A stretch of 64,000 nucleotides of DNA, taken from assembly GCA_044222475.1 (NCBI GenBank), contig JBGANF010000008.1, forward strand, positions 34,688 through 98,687. Direction: 5' to 3'. Origin of the DNA: Polyangiaceae bacterium. Its GTDB lineage: Bacteria > Myxococcota_A > Polyangia > Polyangiales > Polyangiaceae. A program made the translations under genes and the position numbers. The notes under the pieces were generated by a model. It did not search any database. It was given only the letters and a program-made list of their open reading frames with translations, and was not told the DNA's origin. Positions 21,189 through 30,902 of the stretch are shown here, in pieces. Within the stretch, counting starts at the first letter, position 1. Every line of letters starts with the position of its first letter.

Positions 21189-22838
21189 TCACTGCACGCC
21201 GAACGCGGCGTACGGGGAGCTCGGCACCACCCGCACGTCGTCGGTGGGCAGGGGCAGCTTGTCCCAGGCCTCGGGGTGGTCCGGCGGTACCAAGTTGGTA
21301 TTCGCGGTCTTCGCTCGATACATCTCGGCGTCGTACATGACGAGATCGCCGACCGCGTAGGCGATCGCGGGTTGCCCGGGGGCGAGCGTCGCCTTGGCGC
21401 CCCACGCCGACAGCCGCGCGACCGGGACGTCGGGGTAGCCCGACGCGACGAACGCGAGCACCACGACCGGGCCGTTGACGTTGCCCTTCGTCGTCACGTT
21501 GGCTTTCACCGTGTCGGGACCCATGCCGGCGACGATCGCGCGGCTGCCCTCCCAGTGGTTCCCGTCGAAGAGGATTGGTCCCTTCAACGCGGCGTTGATC
21601 CCGAAGACGACGCCGGGGTCTTTCGCCGTCGGGTCGAGCGGCGTGTACGCGAAGTCGAGCCCGCGGAAGAAGTTGCCGAGCAGCGTCACCGACGACGGCG
21701 CGGCCGACGTCCCATTCAGGTACCCGCCGAGGCTCCGCGTGTCGGCGAAGTAGTTGTCGTGGAAGGTCACGTTGCGGTCGCCGTCGCCGGTCTCAGGTGC
21801 GCTGAAGAAGCTCAGGAACGTCCCCGCGCCGCCGATGACGACGTTGTGATCGAGCTCGATGTTCCCCTCGCGGGTGTGCACCTGGCTCGCGCCGTCCTGG
21901 TAGTTGCCGAAGTTGTCGAGCCAGTGCAGCGCGTTGAACGCGACCGTGTTGTGGTGCACGTGGGTCTTGTCGCCGAGATCCTGGATCTGGAGCCCCTCGC
22001 TCCCCGACCGGATCAGGCGGTTGTTGTAGACCTGGAGGTTCGGGAGCAGGTTGCCCGGCGGCGCGCCGGTCCAGCCGAAGTAGAACGCCTCGGACCCGGA
22101 GTCGTGGACGTACGTGTCGTGGACGCGGACGTTCGCCATCGGCTTCGGCGGATCGTTCGCGGCGCGCGCGTTCAAGAGGCGAATCCCAGCGAACCCGGCG
22201 CGCGTGACCTCGACGTACTCGAGCTCGAAGTCGGTCGCGTCGCCGACGCTGATCCCCATGTGGGTGTACTGCCCCTTGGCGTATCCGTCGTCGCTGAGGA
22301 ACCCGTACTTGCCGCGCGACGTGGCATACGCGCCGCAGCGGTGACCGGGGAACGCCGCATCGCCGGTCTTCGCGTCCGGATCGTAGCGCCCGGTGAGGAT
22401 CCAGTTCGCGCCGCCGCCCATCGACCAGACGTAGTTGGTGTTGTCGCCGGGGGGACCGACCTGTACCTGCCCACCGACGTTCGTGATGACGAGCGGGCGC
22501 TTCGCGTCGCGCGTCGGCAGGTTGGTGATGCTGAGCTGCTTGTACTTGCCGGCCGGGATGTAGAGCCGATCGAGCGTGGCCCAATCGACCGAAGGGAACG
22601 CCTTCTGGATGTCCCCGATCGCGTACGCGCCGTTCGTCGCCGGTGGGAGCGTGAAGGTCGTGACCGGCGGCGGAAAATGACCGAATGGCTCGCACGACGT
22701 CGGCGGTCCGCCGTCGGTGACGACCGCTCCGTCGGAGACGGTCGGCGAATCGACGCCAGCGTCGTTGCCCGGCGTGTTCGACGAAGAGTCACCGCATCCG
22801 AACGTGGCGATCGCTGCCGCAACGAGGATCCTGCGCAT
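21189..22838 (-). CDS. right-handed parallel beta-helix (pectate-lyase-fold) secreted lipoprotein
   Basis: Signal MRRILVAAAIATFGCG. Repeated NxxxxG, HDN and GxxxxDN turns (VHDTYVHDSGSE, YNNRLIRSGSEG, HHNTVAFN, LDHNVVIGG, FHDNYF) are typical of pectate lyase / polysaccharide lyase-like beta-helix proteins. Size is 549 aa. Confidence 0.65.
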   Translation of the reverse strand: MRRILVAAAIATFGCGDSSSNTPGNDAGVDSPTVSDGAVVTDGGPPTSCEPFGHFPPPVTTFTLPPATNGAYAIGDIQKAFPSVDWATLDRLYIPAGKYKQLSITNLPTRDAKRPLVITNVGGQVQVGPPGDNTNYVWSMGGGANWILTGRYDPDAKTGDAAFPGHRCGAYATSRGKYGFLSDDGYAKGQYTHMGISVGDATDFELEYVEVTRAGFAGIRLLNARAANDPPKPMANVRVHDTYVHDSGSEAFYFGWTGAPPGNLLPNLQVYNNRLIRSGSEGLQIQDLGDKTHVHHNTVAFNALHWLDNFGNYQDGASQVHTREGNIELDHNVVIGGAGTFLSFFSAPETGDGDRNVTFHDNYFADTRSLGGYLNGTSAAPSSVTLLGNFFRGLDFAYTPLDPTAKDPGVVFGINAALKGPILFDGNHWEGSRAIVAGMGPDTVKANVTTKGNVNGPVVVLAFVASGYPDVPVARLSAWGAKATLAPGQPAIAYAVGDLVMYDAEMYRAKTANTNLVPPDHPEAWDKLPLPTDDVRVVPSSPYAAFGVQ

Positions 22839-22856
22839 CGCCTCAGCGTAGCGTGT

Positions 22857-23204
22857 TCAGCGCGTCTGGAGATCCTGCGCTTCGTAGATCGTCACCTGAT
22901 CGAGCTTCTTCTCGGCGATGGCGGTGCGAAGGATCTCGCGGGCGCGCGCGGCGTCACGAGCGGGGACGTTCACGGTGTAGCCGAGCGAACCGCCCGCCGA
23001 CCACTCGATGTGGTTCTCGTTCATGAGGGTCACGATCTTCGCCCCGGTCACGTCGTCGGAGCCGAGGTAGCCGGCGACCGGCTCCCACTGGGCCGACGCG
23101 GCCGGCGCGGGGGTGGAGTCCACCGGCGTCGGATCGGTCGAAGCGCAATGGATCGAGGTGGCGGCGAAAACGAGGGCGAGGGCAACGTGGCGAGGCGAGA
23201 GCAT
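22857..23204 (-). CDS. small secreted hypothetical protein
   Basis: Signal MLSPRHVALALVFAATSIHCAS. 115 aa. Confidence 0.4.
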   Translation of the reverse strand: MLSPRHVALALVFAATSIHCASTDPTPVDSTPAPAASAQWEPVAGYLGSDDVTGAKIVTLMNENHIEWSAGGSLGYTVNVPARDAARAREILRTAIAEKKLDQVTIYEAQDLQTR

Positions 23205-23235
23205 GCCGTTTCTACGCCGCCGAGCGGCGAACGAT

Positions 23236-24075
23236 CTACGCCGGCAGCAACGACTGTCTCCACGCCTCGAGGAGCGCGCTGTCGTCGACGTCGTGCGGGT
23301 GGAACCCGGGGCGGAAGTACTTCAGCCACCCGCGGCCGAGGCTCCACATCCCGGCGGGATCGACGAAGAGGAAACGACCCAGCTTCGACCACTCTTCCGC
23401 GGACGTCAGGCACCCGTCGGCGTGCATCATCACGACCTGGTGCTCGAGCACCTTCACCCAGAAGAACGCCGACGCGACGAGCATCATCCCCATCCGCTCG
23501 ACCTCGGTTCCTCCGGCCGCACGGAACACGTCGAACGCGACCGACTTGTGCTCGCTCTCTTCGGCGGCGTGCCAGCGCCAGAGCGCCGCCATGTTCGGGT
23601 CGGCGCCTTCCAGGTTCTTCGGATCCCCCAAGACCAAGAGCGCCATCGACGCCGTGTAGTGCTCGAGCGCGCACGTCACCGCGAGCTGTGCGCGCTTCGG
23701 TAGCACCGTCTTCGCGAAGCGAAGCAGCCGCTCCACCTTCTTCTCGAGCCGCGCGACGGGATATCCGCTGCTCGCGAGGTGCGCGTTGTACCCGTCGTGC
23801 TCGCGACCGTGGATGCCCTCTTGGGCAGTGAAGAGCGCGACGTCGCGCTGGAGCTCGGCCTCGGCGTACTGCCGGTGCGCGCGCGAGAGTCCATCGAAGT
23901 AGATCGTCACCGCGCGTCCGCGCCCATGCCAGTACTTCGGCACGCCATCGAGGGAGAACCGGAGGTTGCGCACTTCGAGCATGCGTCGATGATGAGGTGG
24001 CGCGTGCCCGAGCGGCAGGTTAGCGTGTGCCAAGTTCTTGTCATTTGGGGCCATGGCGGAAGGCGAGGCATTCAT
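23236..24075 (-). CDS. predicted metal-dependent hydrolase (COG3687/PF10118-like), paralog of 833..1663
   Basis: Alignable by eye with the 833..1663 product: GRGRAVTIYFDGLSRAHRQY corresponds to FPAGERFFVRSVRHY, and FTAQEGIHGREHDGYN to YAQEGAHAREHDRYN. It is divergent from a regulator gene (AraC here). Confidence 0.6.
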   Translation of the reverse strand: MNASPSAMAPNDKNLAHANLPLGHAPPHHRRMLEVRNLRFSLDGVPKYWHGRGRAVTIYFDGLSRAHRQYAEAELQRDVALFTAQEGIHGREHDGYNAHLASSGYPVARLEKKVERLLRFAKTVLPKRAQLAVTCALEHYTASMALLVLGDPKNLEGADPNMAALWRWHAAEESEHKSVAFDVFRAAGGTEVERMGMMLVASAFFWVKVLEHQVVMMHADGCLTSAEEWSKLGRFLFVDPAGMWSLGRGWLKYFRPGFHPHDVDDSALLEAWRQSLLPA

Positions 24076-25063
24076 CCCGGCGATCCACGCGCTCCACCTC
24101 GCCGAGGTGACGTCGCGCTACGGCGTGTCGTGCGCGCAGCTGCTCGCCGGGTCGGGCCTCTCGGAGAGCGATCTCTCCGAGCCCGACGAGACGATCTCGA
24201 TCGCCGTCGCCGAGCGGCTCGTCGAGCGCGCGCGCACGCTCACCGGCGAGCCCGCGATCGGGCTCCTCCTCGGCATGCAGATGCGGATCTCGGCGCACGG
24301 CTACCTCGGGTTCGCGGCGATGGTCGCGTCGACCGTCGGCGAGGCGCTGGAGATCGCGACGAGGTTCGCGCCGACGCGAACCAACGCGCTGGCGTTGCGT
24401 CTCGTCGTCGACGACGAGACGGCCGCGCTCGTAATCGAGGAGCGGGCTTCGCTCGCCGGAGCGCGCGAGGCGGTCCTCTTCGCGCTGATCGAAGGCATCC
24501 GCCAGATCGGGCAGGCGCTCACCGGCAAGACGCTCACCGGCTCGGCCGAGGTCACGTTCGCGGAGCCTCCGTGGTTCGGGAAGCTCGCGGGCTTCGCAGG
24601 TGCCGGCCGCGTCCGCTTTCGCCGGCCGGAGAACCGCATCCTCTTCGATCGTGCGGTGCTCGATCTCCCGCTCGTACTCGCCGATCCCGCCGCGTTCCGC
24701 CTCGCGACGGAGCAATGCGAGCGCGCGCTCGCCGCGATTCGCGACGCGACCCGAGTCACGTCGAAGGTGCGCTCGCTGCTCGTGCGGCGCGGCGGGCTCG
24801 AACGCTCGCTCGACGACGTGGCGCACGTACTCCACGTGTCGCCCCGGACGCTCAAGCGGCACCTCGCCGCGGAGGGTACGACGTTCAAGGCGCTCCACGA
24901 TGCGGCGCGACGCGAAGCCGCGGTTCGCCTCGTCGAGAGCACCGATCTCACGCTCGAAGCGATCGCCGAGCGGCTCGGCTACTCCGACGTCGCGAACTTC
25001 ACGCGAGCGTTCCGTCGCTGGACCGGGAAGACCCCCGGCGCCGCGCGCCGATCGTCGCGGTGA
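24038..25063 (+). CDS. AraC family transcriptional regulator
   Basis: C-terminal AraC HTH: LHVSPRTLKRHLAAEGTTFKALHDAARREAAVRLV...LTLEAIAERLGYSDVANFTRAFRRWTGKTPG. The start may be the ATG at 24053. Confidence 0.8.
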   Translation: MSFGAMAEGEAFIPAIHALHLAEVTSRYGVSCAQLLAGSGLSESDLSEPDETISIAVAERLVERARTLTGEPAIGLLLGMQMRISAHGYLGFAAMVASTVGEALEIATRFAPTRTNALALRLVVDDETAALVIEERASLAGAREAVLFALIEGIRQIGQALTGKTLTGSAEVTFAEPPWFGKLAGFAGAGRVRFRRPENRILFDRAVLDLPLVLADPAAFRLATEQCERALAAIRDATRVTSKVRSLLVRRGGLERSLDDVAHVLHVSPRTLKRHLAAEGTTFKALHDAARREAAVRLVESTDLTLEAIAERLGYSDVANFTRAFRRWTGKTPGAARRSSR

Positions 25064-25066
25064 GCG

Positions 25067-25864
25067 TCACGGGCGCACGACGCGCGCCATGCTCATCACG
25101 TCGAAGAGTCGGCGCTGATTGCCGTCGCGGCTCCACTCGCCCTCGACGACGTACTCGCCGCCGACCGGCTCCGCATCGAGGTCGAGCGGCACGAGCGCGG
25201 GAAACGCGTGCGTCCCGTCCGCCGCGGAGAACGCGGCGTGGGGCGGCGGGCACTGCGAGCACGCGGCGCCCGGTGGGCAGGGTGCGCACTTCGGCGGTGG
25301 CGCGCGGAAGGTCACGAGCATCCGCAGCATCTGTCCGTCGCCGTAGCCCTCGGCGTCTTCGAGGCGGAGCACGCCCTGCGGCACGCCGTGCGTCACGAGC
25401 ACCGTCGGCGGCGGTAGACCGAAGTCGGTGCCGGACGGGTCGGTGATGTCCACCACGCGCGCGATGCGCTCGGCTCGCAGCTTGGCGAACCCGCTGCTCG
25501 AGTCGAACGAGCCATCGAGGACGTAGACGGCCCCGACGGTCATGCGCGAGCCGCCGAGCCCTTCGACCGCGAGCTTCGCGTCGCCAGAGGTGCTCTTGAA
25601 CGTCGCGTAGTCGAGGCAGACGGAACAGCTCGCCCCAGCGGGGCACGGCGGGCACTCGGGGACCGGAGCGATGAACACCGCCGCGACGCGGACGGCGACG
25701 CCCGGCTGCGCCGCGTTGGCGGCATCCACCGAGAGCGTTCCCGGTGGGATGCTGGACACCGTCGGGATGCTCGGCGTCGCGTCGCTCGGTGCGCGGGCGT
25801 CCTTGCCGTGACCACACGCGGCGACGACGAGGAGGAAGGCTGCGAACCAGATCCGAGCGCGCAT
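25067..25864 (-). CDS. Cys-rich secreted lipoprotein
   Basis: Start MRARIWFAAFLLVVAACG (ATG at 25864..25862). Repeated PxCPxGAxCSxC motifs (PECPPCPAGASCSVC and PKCAPCPPGAACSQCPPP). Confidence 0.5.
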   Translation of the reverse strand: MRARIWFAAFLLVVAACGHGKDARAPSDATPSIPTVSSIPPGTLSVDAANAAQPGVAVRVAAVFIAPVPECPPCPAGASCSVCLDYATFKSTSGDAKLAVEGLGGSRMTVGAVYVLDGSFDSSSGFAKLRAERIARVVDITDPSGTDFGLPPPTVLVTHGVPQGVLRLEDAEGYGDGQMLRMLVTFRAPPPKCAPCPPGAACSQCPPPHAAFSAADGTHAFPALVPLDLDAEPVGGEYVVEGEWSRDGNQRRLFDVMSMARVVRP

Positions 25865-25895
25865 CGAGACGGACAACGGGCGGCCTCGTTCGATC

Positions 25896-26633
25896 TTACG
25901 CCGAGGGCTTGCGAACGACGATCGTGCGCATCCCACGGCGATCTTCGCTGCGCTCGATCTCGAAGCCGGTCTCGCGAAGGCGCTTCTCCGCCCAATCCGG
26001 GGCGATCCGCAGCTTCTTGTAGTCGCTGACCTTCATCTCCCACCCATCGAAGCTGCGGCGGTGGATCACGTCGTACACCCGCACGTGGTCGCCTTCGTAC
26101 TCGAGGAAGCACGTGAAGACGGTGCTCGCGTCGGCGCGGACCGGGATGAAGCGCGCCGCGCCGACGAGCTCACGCGTGAAATCGCGAAACGCCACGATGA
26201 GCTTCCCACCCGGCGCGAGCAGACGAAACGTCTCGCGAAAGAGTCGCTGCACGTCTCCGAAGCTCGAGAGGTGCGTGAGCGTGTCGCCCATGCAGACGAC
26301 GAGCTCCAGGTTTCCTTCCGCGCCGGCGACGTAGTGCAGGATGTCGTCGCACACCGTTCGCACCGGCAGGCCCTTCGCGTTCGCCGCGAGCTCGGCGAGG
26401 AGCGACTTCGAGAGATCGACGGCGGTGATCTCGAAGCCGAGCTCGGCCAACGGGAGCGTCTGGAATCCGGTGCCCGCGCCGACGTCGAGCGCGCGCTTCG
26501 AGGCGGCCGGCGCGATCCCGAGCTCGACGAACAGCGCCTTGTTCTCCGACACGCGCTCCGGCAGACCGCCGAAGAGCCACGAGTAGTGTTCCGCGAGGTG
26601 AGTGTCGTAATGCTCCGCGATGCCCGCGCTCAT
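25896..26633 (-). CDS. class I SAM-dependent methyltransferase
   Basis: The real portion starts MSAGIAEHYDTHLAEHYSWLF (ATG at 26633..26631). It contains SAM motif I LDVGAGTGFQT and the post-I acidic residue. The upstream part of the listed ORF 25896..27428 is Arg-rich. Confidence 0.7.
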   Translation of the reverse strand: MSAGIAEHYDTHLAEHYSWLFGGLPERVSENKALFVELGIAPAASKRALDVGAGTGFQTLPLAELGFEITAVDLSKSLLAELAANAKGLPVRTVCDDILHYVAGAEGNLELVVCMGDTLTHLSSFGDVQRLFRETFRLLAPGGKLIVAFRDFTRELVGAARFIPVRADASTVFTCFLEYEGDHVRVYDVIHRRSFDGWEMKVSDYKKLRIAPDWAEKRLRETGFEIERSEDRRGMRTIVVRKPSA

Positions 26634-27766
26634 TTGAGCGCGATCGGAGGAAGCACGCCGATCCAGGCCTTCATCTCGTTCGGGTAGACGCACACCTTGA
26701 GCGCGGAGTCCTTGCACGCGGAGTCGCCGACGAGGACGTTGCACTGCGACGCCACCGCCTGGTTCGCTTGTGCGATGGGCATGCCCCACATCCGCGCGCA
26801 CGCGATGTTGACGAACGTCTGCTCGTCGTCGACGCGCTTCTCGTCGTCGCGCGCGACCGTGAAGCCGGGCTTCTCGCACGCTTGCTTCGCGAAATTCAGC
26901 GCGACCTGATCGTCTTTGACGAACGTGCCATCGGCCTTGGAGTGGAGGAGCATCGCGGGGCCCTGCGCGACCGACGCCTGACCATTGCAGCGCGCCGGGA
27001 TGCGCGAGCGGTACGGGCCGTAGGTGACGAGATCCGGCCGCCCGTCGTTGTCGGCGTCGGTCGTGCGGAAGAACGGGTACTGGCCGATCGGGTACATCGC
27101 GACCTGGCCACCCTTGAACGAGACGATCTGGCCGATCGGGTCCTTCGGACCTTCCTTGGTCTGATCGTGTCCGACGATGATGAGCTCCTCTTCTCCGTCG
27201 CCGTCGAAGTCGAAGACGGTCGTCGAGTTGAACACGACGCGGTCGCTGTCGTGCGCGGCGAAGCTGCGCGTCGCCGTGCGCGGGCTCTGCCCGGGGAGCG
27301 CCATCGAGGCCTTCGCGCCCGTCTTGTCCACGTGGATCGCGAACGCGACGGCGGAGTACCCGTGCTGCTCCTCCTTGAGATCCTGCACCCCGAGGCCCCA
27401 CGCGCCTCCGCTCTTCGTACGCGTGCACTCGGAGAAGATGCGCCGGCCTTCCTCACCGAAGCTTCCGGCGTGGCTCATGGGATCCTTCGAGTCCGCGAGC
27501 TCCTTCAGGCGAGCGAGCGCCGGCGCGCGGTCGGCGTCGAGCGCCTTGCACGCGTCGAAGCCGATGGCGCCGCTCGAGACGGGAGCCACGACGCCGGTAG
27601 CCGCCGCCGACGACGTCGCCGGTGCGCTGGTCGACGCGCTCGGCGTCGCCGAAGGCGTGACCGGAGGCGTGTTCGTCGCGCCGCCGCCGCACGCAGCGAA
27701 CGAGAGCGGGAGGAGCGCGAACGGCGCGAGGACGAGGATCGAGAGCTTGCTTCGCATGGGCGGCAT
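26630..27766 (-). CDS. lipoprotein with FG-GAP/VCBS-like repeats
   Basis: Start MPPMRSKLSILVLAPFALLPLSFAACGG (ATG at 27766). Motifs FDFDGDGEEELIIVGHD and TTDADNDGRPDLVTYG resemble FG-GAP calcium-binding loops. It overlaps the methyltransferase start by 4 nt. Confidence 0.5.
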   Translation of the reverse strand: MPPMRSKLSILVLAPFALLPLSFAACGGGATNTPPVTPSATPSASTSAPATSSAAATGVVAPVSSGAIGFDACKALDADRAPALARLKELADSKDPMSHAGSFGEEGRRIFSECTRTKSGGAWGLGVQDLKEEQHGYSAVAFAIHVDKTGAKASMALPGQSPRTATRSFAAHDSDRVVFNSTTVFDFDGDGEEELIIVGHDQTKEGPKDPIGQIVSFKGGQVAMYPIGQYPFFRTTDADNDGRPDLVTYGPYRSRIPARCNGQASVAQGPAMLLHSKADGTFVKDDQVALNFAKQACEKPGFTVARDDEKRVDDEQTFVNIACARMWGMPIAQANQAVASQCNVLVGDSACKDSALKVCVYPNEMKAWIGVLPPIALK

Positions 27767-27838
27767 TTCTCCCACGACCTGGCGGGTGAGGGAAGACCGA
27801 TCGTGCGGAAACGCGGTAGAGTCGGCCGCGGAGGAACG

Positions 27839-29383
27839 ATGGGAGACGCACCGAAGATCTCCGGACCCGATCTCGAGAAGGCCTTTCCGATTGGTGATCT
27901 CGGCGAGGGGAAACCCCTCCTCGGTCACGTCGGTGATCAGCCGGTGATCGTCGTCCGCCAGGGCACGGCGATCTTCGCGACCGGTGCAGTCTGCACGCAC
28001 TACGGCGCGCCCCTCGCCGAGGGGGCCGTCCACGACGGCACCGTGCGTTGCCCCTGGCACCACGCCTGCTTCGATCTTCGCACCGGTGACGCGACGGGCG
28101 GCCCGGCGATCAACCCGCTTCCGTGTTTCGACGTCGTCCGCGAGGGCGACCTCGTGCGGATCGGAAAGCAGAGGAAGAGCGCGAAGCGCACGTCGCCGAC
28201 CGGTGGTCCGGCTTCGGTCGTCATCATCGGTGCCGGTCCGGCGGGAACGGCGTGCGCGGTCGCGCTCCGATCCGACGGGTACCTCGGGACGATCACGGTC
28301 GTCGGCGCCGAGCCGCCCGGTCCAGTGGATCGCCCGAACCTGTCGAAGGACTACCTCGCCGGGACCGCCCCCGAAGAGTGGATCCCGCTTCGCACCCGCG
28401 AGCAGTTCGTCAACCAGATGATCGAGCTCGTCGCCGACGATGCCGTCGTCTCCGTCGACATGAAGGCTCGCCGGGTCGCGTTGAAGAGCGGGCGCGAGCT
28501 CGCGTTCGGGGCGCTCGTCCTCGCGACCGGCGCCGACGCGATCAAGCTGGGGATCGAAGGCGCTAACCTTCCTCACGTTCACTCGCTGCGAACGCTCGCC
28601 GACGCGCGCGCGATCATCGCTGGAGCGTCGTCGAGCAAGCGCGCCGTCGTGATCGGCGCGAGCTTCATCGGGCTCGAGGCGGCCGCGTCGCTCCGCGCGC
28701 GCGGTCTCGACGTCACCGTCGTCGGACCCGAGGCGATCCCGCTCGCGCGCGTCCTCGGTGACGAGGTCGGAACGTTCGTGCGCTCGGTTCACCAGAGCAA
28801 GGGCGTCGAGTTTCGGCTAGGGACCAAGCCGTCCAAGATCACCGCCACCGAGGTCGTGCTCGAAGACGGCACCACGCTGCCGGCGGGTCTCGTCGTCGTC
28901 GGCGTCGGGGTGCGCCCGCGCGTCGAGCTCGCGGAGTCGATGGGGCTCACCGTCGACCGAGGCATCGTCGTCGACGAGAACATGAAGACCTCGCTGCACG
29001 AGGTGTACGCCGCGGGCGACGTCGCCCGGTACCCCTATGCCGGCGAGCAGGTTCGCATCGAGCACTTCGCGGTCGCGGTGCGTCACGGTCAGCTCGTCGC
29101 GCGGAAGATCCTCGGTCGCACTGCCTCCCACAAGGGGAGCGGGAGCGTTCCATTCTTCTGGAGCCAGCATCACGACGTGACGCTCGGCTACGTCGGGCAC
29201 GCGGAGCGCTTCGATCGGCCCGAGGTGTTCGGCAGCCTCGAGAAGCGCGACGCGATCGTCGCGTACCGCGACCATGGGCGCATTCGGGCGGTCCTCACGG
29301 TCGGACGGGACGAGGCGAGCCTCCGCGCGGAGCTGGCCTTCGAGTCCGGCGACATGGCCGCGATCGAGGGTCTCTTGCGCTGA
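27839..29383 (+). CDS. Rieske [2Fe-2S] domain fused to FAD/NAD(P)-dependent pyridine nucleotide-disulfide oxidoreductase
   Basis: Rieske boxes CTHYGAPL and CPWHHACF sit at the N-terminus. They are followed by the dinucleotide-binding VVIIGAGPAG, a second Rossmann motif VVIGASFIGLE and AAGD near the C-terminus. The start was recomputed to the ATG at 27839 (MGDAPKISGPD). Confidence 0.8.
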   Translation: MGDAPKISGPDLEKAFPIGDLGEGKPLLGHVGDQPVIVVRQGTAIFATGAVCTHYGAPLAEGAVHDGTVRCPWHHACFDLRTGDATGGPAINPLPCFDVVREGDLVRIGKQRKSAKRTSPTGGPASVVIIGAGPAGTACAVALRSDGYLGTITVVGAEPPGPVDRPNLSKDYLAGTAPEEWIPLRTREQFVNQMIELVADDAVVSVDMKARRVALKSGRELAFGALVLATGADAIKLGIEGANLPHVHSLRTLADARAIIAGASSSKRAVVIGASFIGLEAAASLRARGLDVTVVGPEAIPLARVLGDEVGTFVRSVHQSKGVEFRLGTKPSKITATEVVLEDGTTLPAGLVVVGVGVRPRVELAESMGLTVDRGIVVDENMKTSLHEVYAAGDVARYPYAGEQVRIEHFAVAVRHGQLVARKILGRTASHKGSGSVPFFWSQHHDVTLGYVGHAERFDRPEVFGSLEKRDAIVAYRDHGRIRAVLTVGRDEASLRAELAFESGDMAAIEGLLR

Positions 29384-29423
29384 TCGTTGCGCCTAGCGCA
29401 CCTTGTGCTACACGCACGCGATC

Positions 29424-30383
29424 ATGCGTCGCGCGCTCCTCTTGGGTGTTCTCGGTTCGATGAGCCTGGCCTGCGTCCTCGCCGCGGGCTGCGGCGACGG
29501 GGGTTCGATCGCCATCGTCGGCGTCGACTCCGGGAGCGACGCTGAGACGCTCAAGGACACCGGCCCCGACGCGCCGAAGGACGGCGCGGTCGACGCCATC
29601 GCCGACGCCAAGCCCGATGGTGACGGCGCCGTCTTCGTCTGGCCCGACTGCAACACCAAACCGGTCACCGCGAAGGCGCAAGCGATCACCGGCGTCTGGG
29701 CCGACAACCCGACGCAACCGGTCGAGACGTGGCTCAGCGGCGTCTACGTCACCGCGATCTCGCGCGGTGCGTGCGCCGCCAACCAGGCGTGCCAGATCTT
29801 CCTCCAGCAAGACCTCACGTACGCGTCGCTCGCGGCCGGCGCGAAGCACGGCATCAAGATGTTCATCTCCGCCGCCGCGTCTCAATACTTCACGACGATC
29901 GCCGTGGGCGACAAGGTCGACGCGCTCGGCTACGCGCAGCGCTACACCCTCGGCGGACAGAACGAGCTGCTCGTCCAGGTGAACCAGATCCAACCCGGCT
30001 GCGCCAAGAAGGTCGGCACCGGGACGGCCACGCCGATCGCCAACGTGCTCCTCTCCGATCTGACCGTCAGCGCCTACGAGGACACGGTCGGCCCGCTCTT
30101 CGTCAAGGTCGACAACGTCATCGGTACGCCGGGCCTCGCCGGCGAGACGTTCGGCCTCGGCAACGCCGTGTTCGACGGCGGCGGTCCCGACGGCGGCACG
30201 GACATCGTGAGCCTGAGCCCGTTCTTCCTCCCGAACGCGCAGTTCGTCGGGCTGACGAACGGGCAGAAGACGAAGTTCTTCTACGTCTCCGGGGTGTTCG
30301 GTCTCTTCGTGCCGCCGACGGACGGCGCGGTGCAGAAGTTCCTCGAGATCTACCCGCGCACGATGGCCGACGTCAGCAAGTAG
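29424..30383 (+). CDS. hypothetical lipoprotein
   Basis: Signal MRRALLLGVLGSMSLACVLAAGCG. 320 aa with normal composition. Confidence 0.5.
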   Translation: MRRALLLGVLGSMSLACVLAAGCGDGGSIAIVGVDSGSDAETLKDTGPDAPKDGAVDAIADAKPDGDGAVFVWPDCNTKPVTAKAQAITGVWADNPTQPVETWLSGVYVTAISRGACAANQACQIFLQQDLTYASLAAGAKHGIKMFISAAASQYFTTIAVGDKVDALGYAQRYTLGGQNELLVQVNQIQPGCAKKVGTGTATPIANVLLSDLTVSAYEDTVGPLFVKVDNVIGTPGLAGETFGLGNAVFDGGGPDGGTDIVSLSPFFLPNAQFVGLTNGQKTKFFYVSGVFGLFVPPTDGAVQKFLEIYPRTMADVSK

Positions 30384-30398
30384 CGCTAGGCTCGGCGC

Positions 30399-30902
30399 AT
30401 GCTGAAGAAAGCCCTTGTCCTCGCTTCCCTAGGTTTGTTCGCGTGCGGCGGTGACGACACGACCACCCCGCCGATCGACGCCAGCAACGGCAAAGACACG
30501 AGCGTCGATCAGTCGGCGCAGGACGTGGTGACTCAACCCGACACGTCGACGAGCGACGCCGGGAGCGACGTCACCGGATTCGACGTGTCGATCCCGGACG
30601 CGAGCTTCGGCTGCACCGATCCGTCCACGTGCGACGGCGGCTTCTGCTGCGCCGACCTCGTGCTCGGCGTCGGCAACCCGCCCTCGTGCCCGATCAGCAG
30701 CCTCAGCAGCGCGTGCAAGGGCACGTGCACCACGCAGCTCAAGTTCACCTGCAGCACGACCGAGACGGTTCGGTTCTGTGCGAAGAACGCCGACTGCTCC
30801 GAGGTCGCGAACCCCAAGTGCTGCGAGTTCCAGCAGGGCAACCAGAAGGTCACCTTCTGCGCGAGCAACGCGGTCGCGCAGTTCGCGACGAAGTGTCTGT
30901 GA
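30399..30902 (+). CDS. small Cys-rich lipoprotein
   Basis: Signal MLKKALVLASLGLFACGG. The C-terminal region has 16 Cys. Confidence 0.5.
   Translation: MLKKALVLASLGLFACGGDDTTTPPIDASNGKDTSVDQSAQDVVTQPDTSTSDAGSDVTGFDVSIPDASFGCTDPSTCDGGFCCADLVLGVGNPPSCPISSLSSACKGTCTTQLKFTCSTTETVRFCAKNADCSEVANPKCCEFQQGNQKVTFCASNAVAQFATKCL

Noticed and set aside
21087-23831. 914-aa plus-strand ORF
   Set aside because: Antisense to three minus-strand genes with clear signal peptides and family motifs (beta-helix, small secreted protein, hydrolase). Composition is Arg/Gly/Val-rich.
26768-27838. Upstream 357 codons of the listed 871-aa ORF containing the Rieske-FAD oxidoreductase
   Set aside because: Antisense to the methyltransferase and FG-GAP lipoprotein genes. 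It is Arg-rich. The oxidoreductase homology and a clean ATG begin at 27839.
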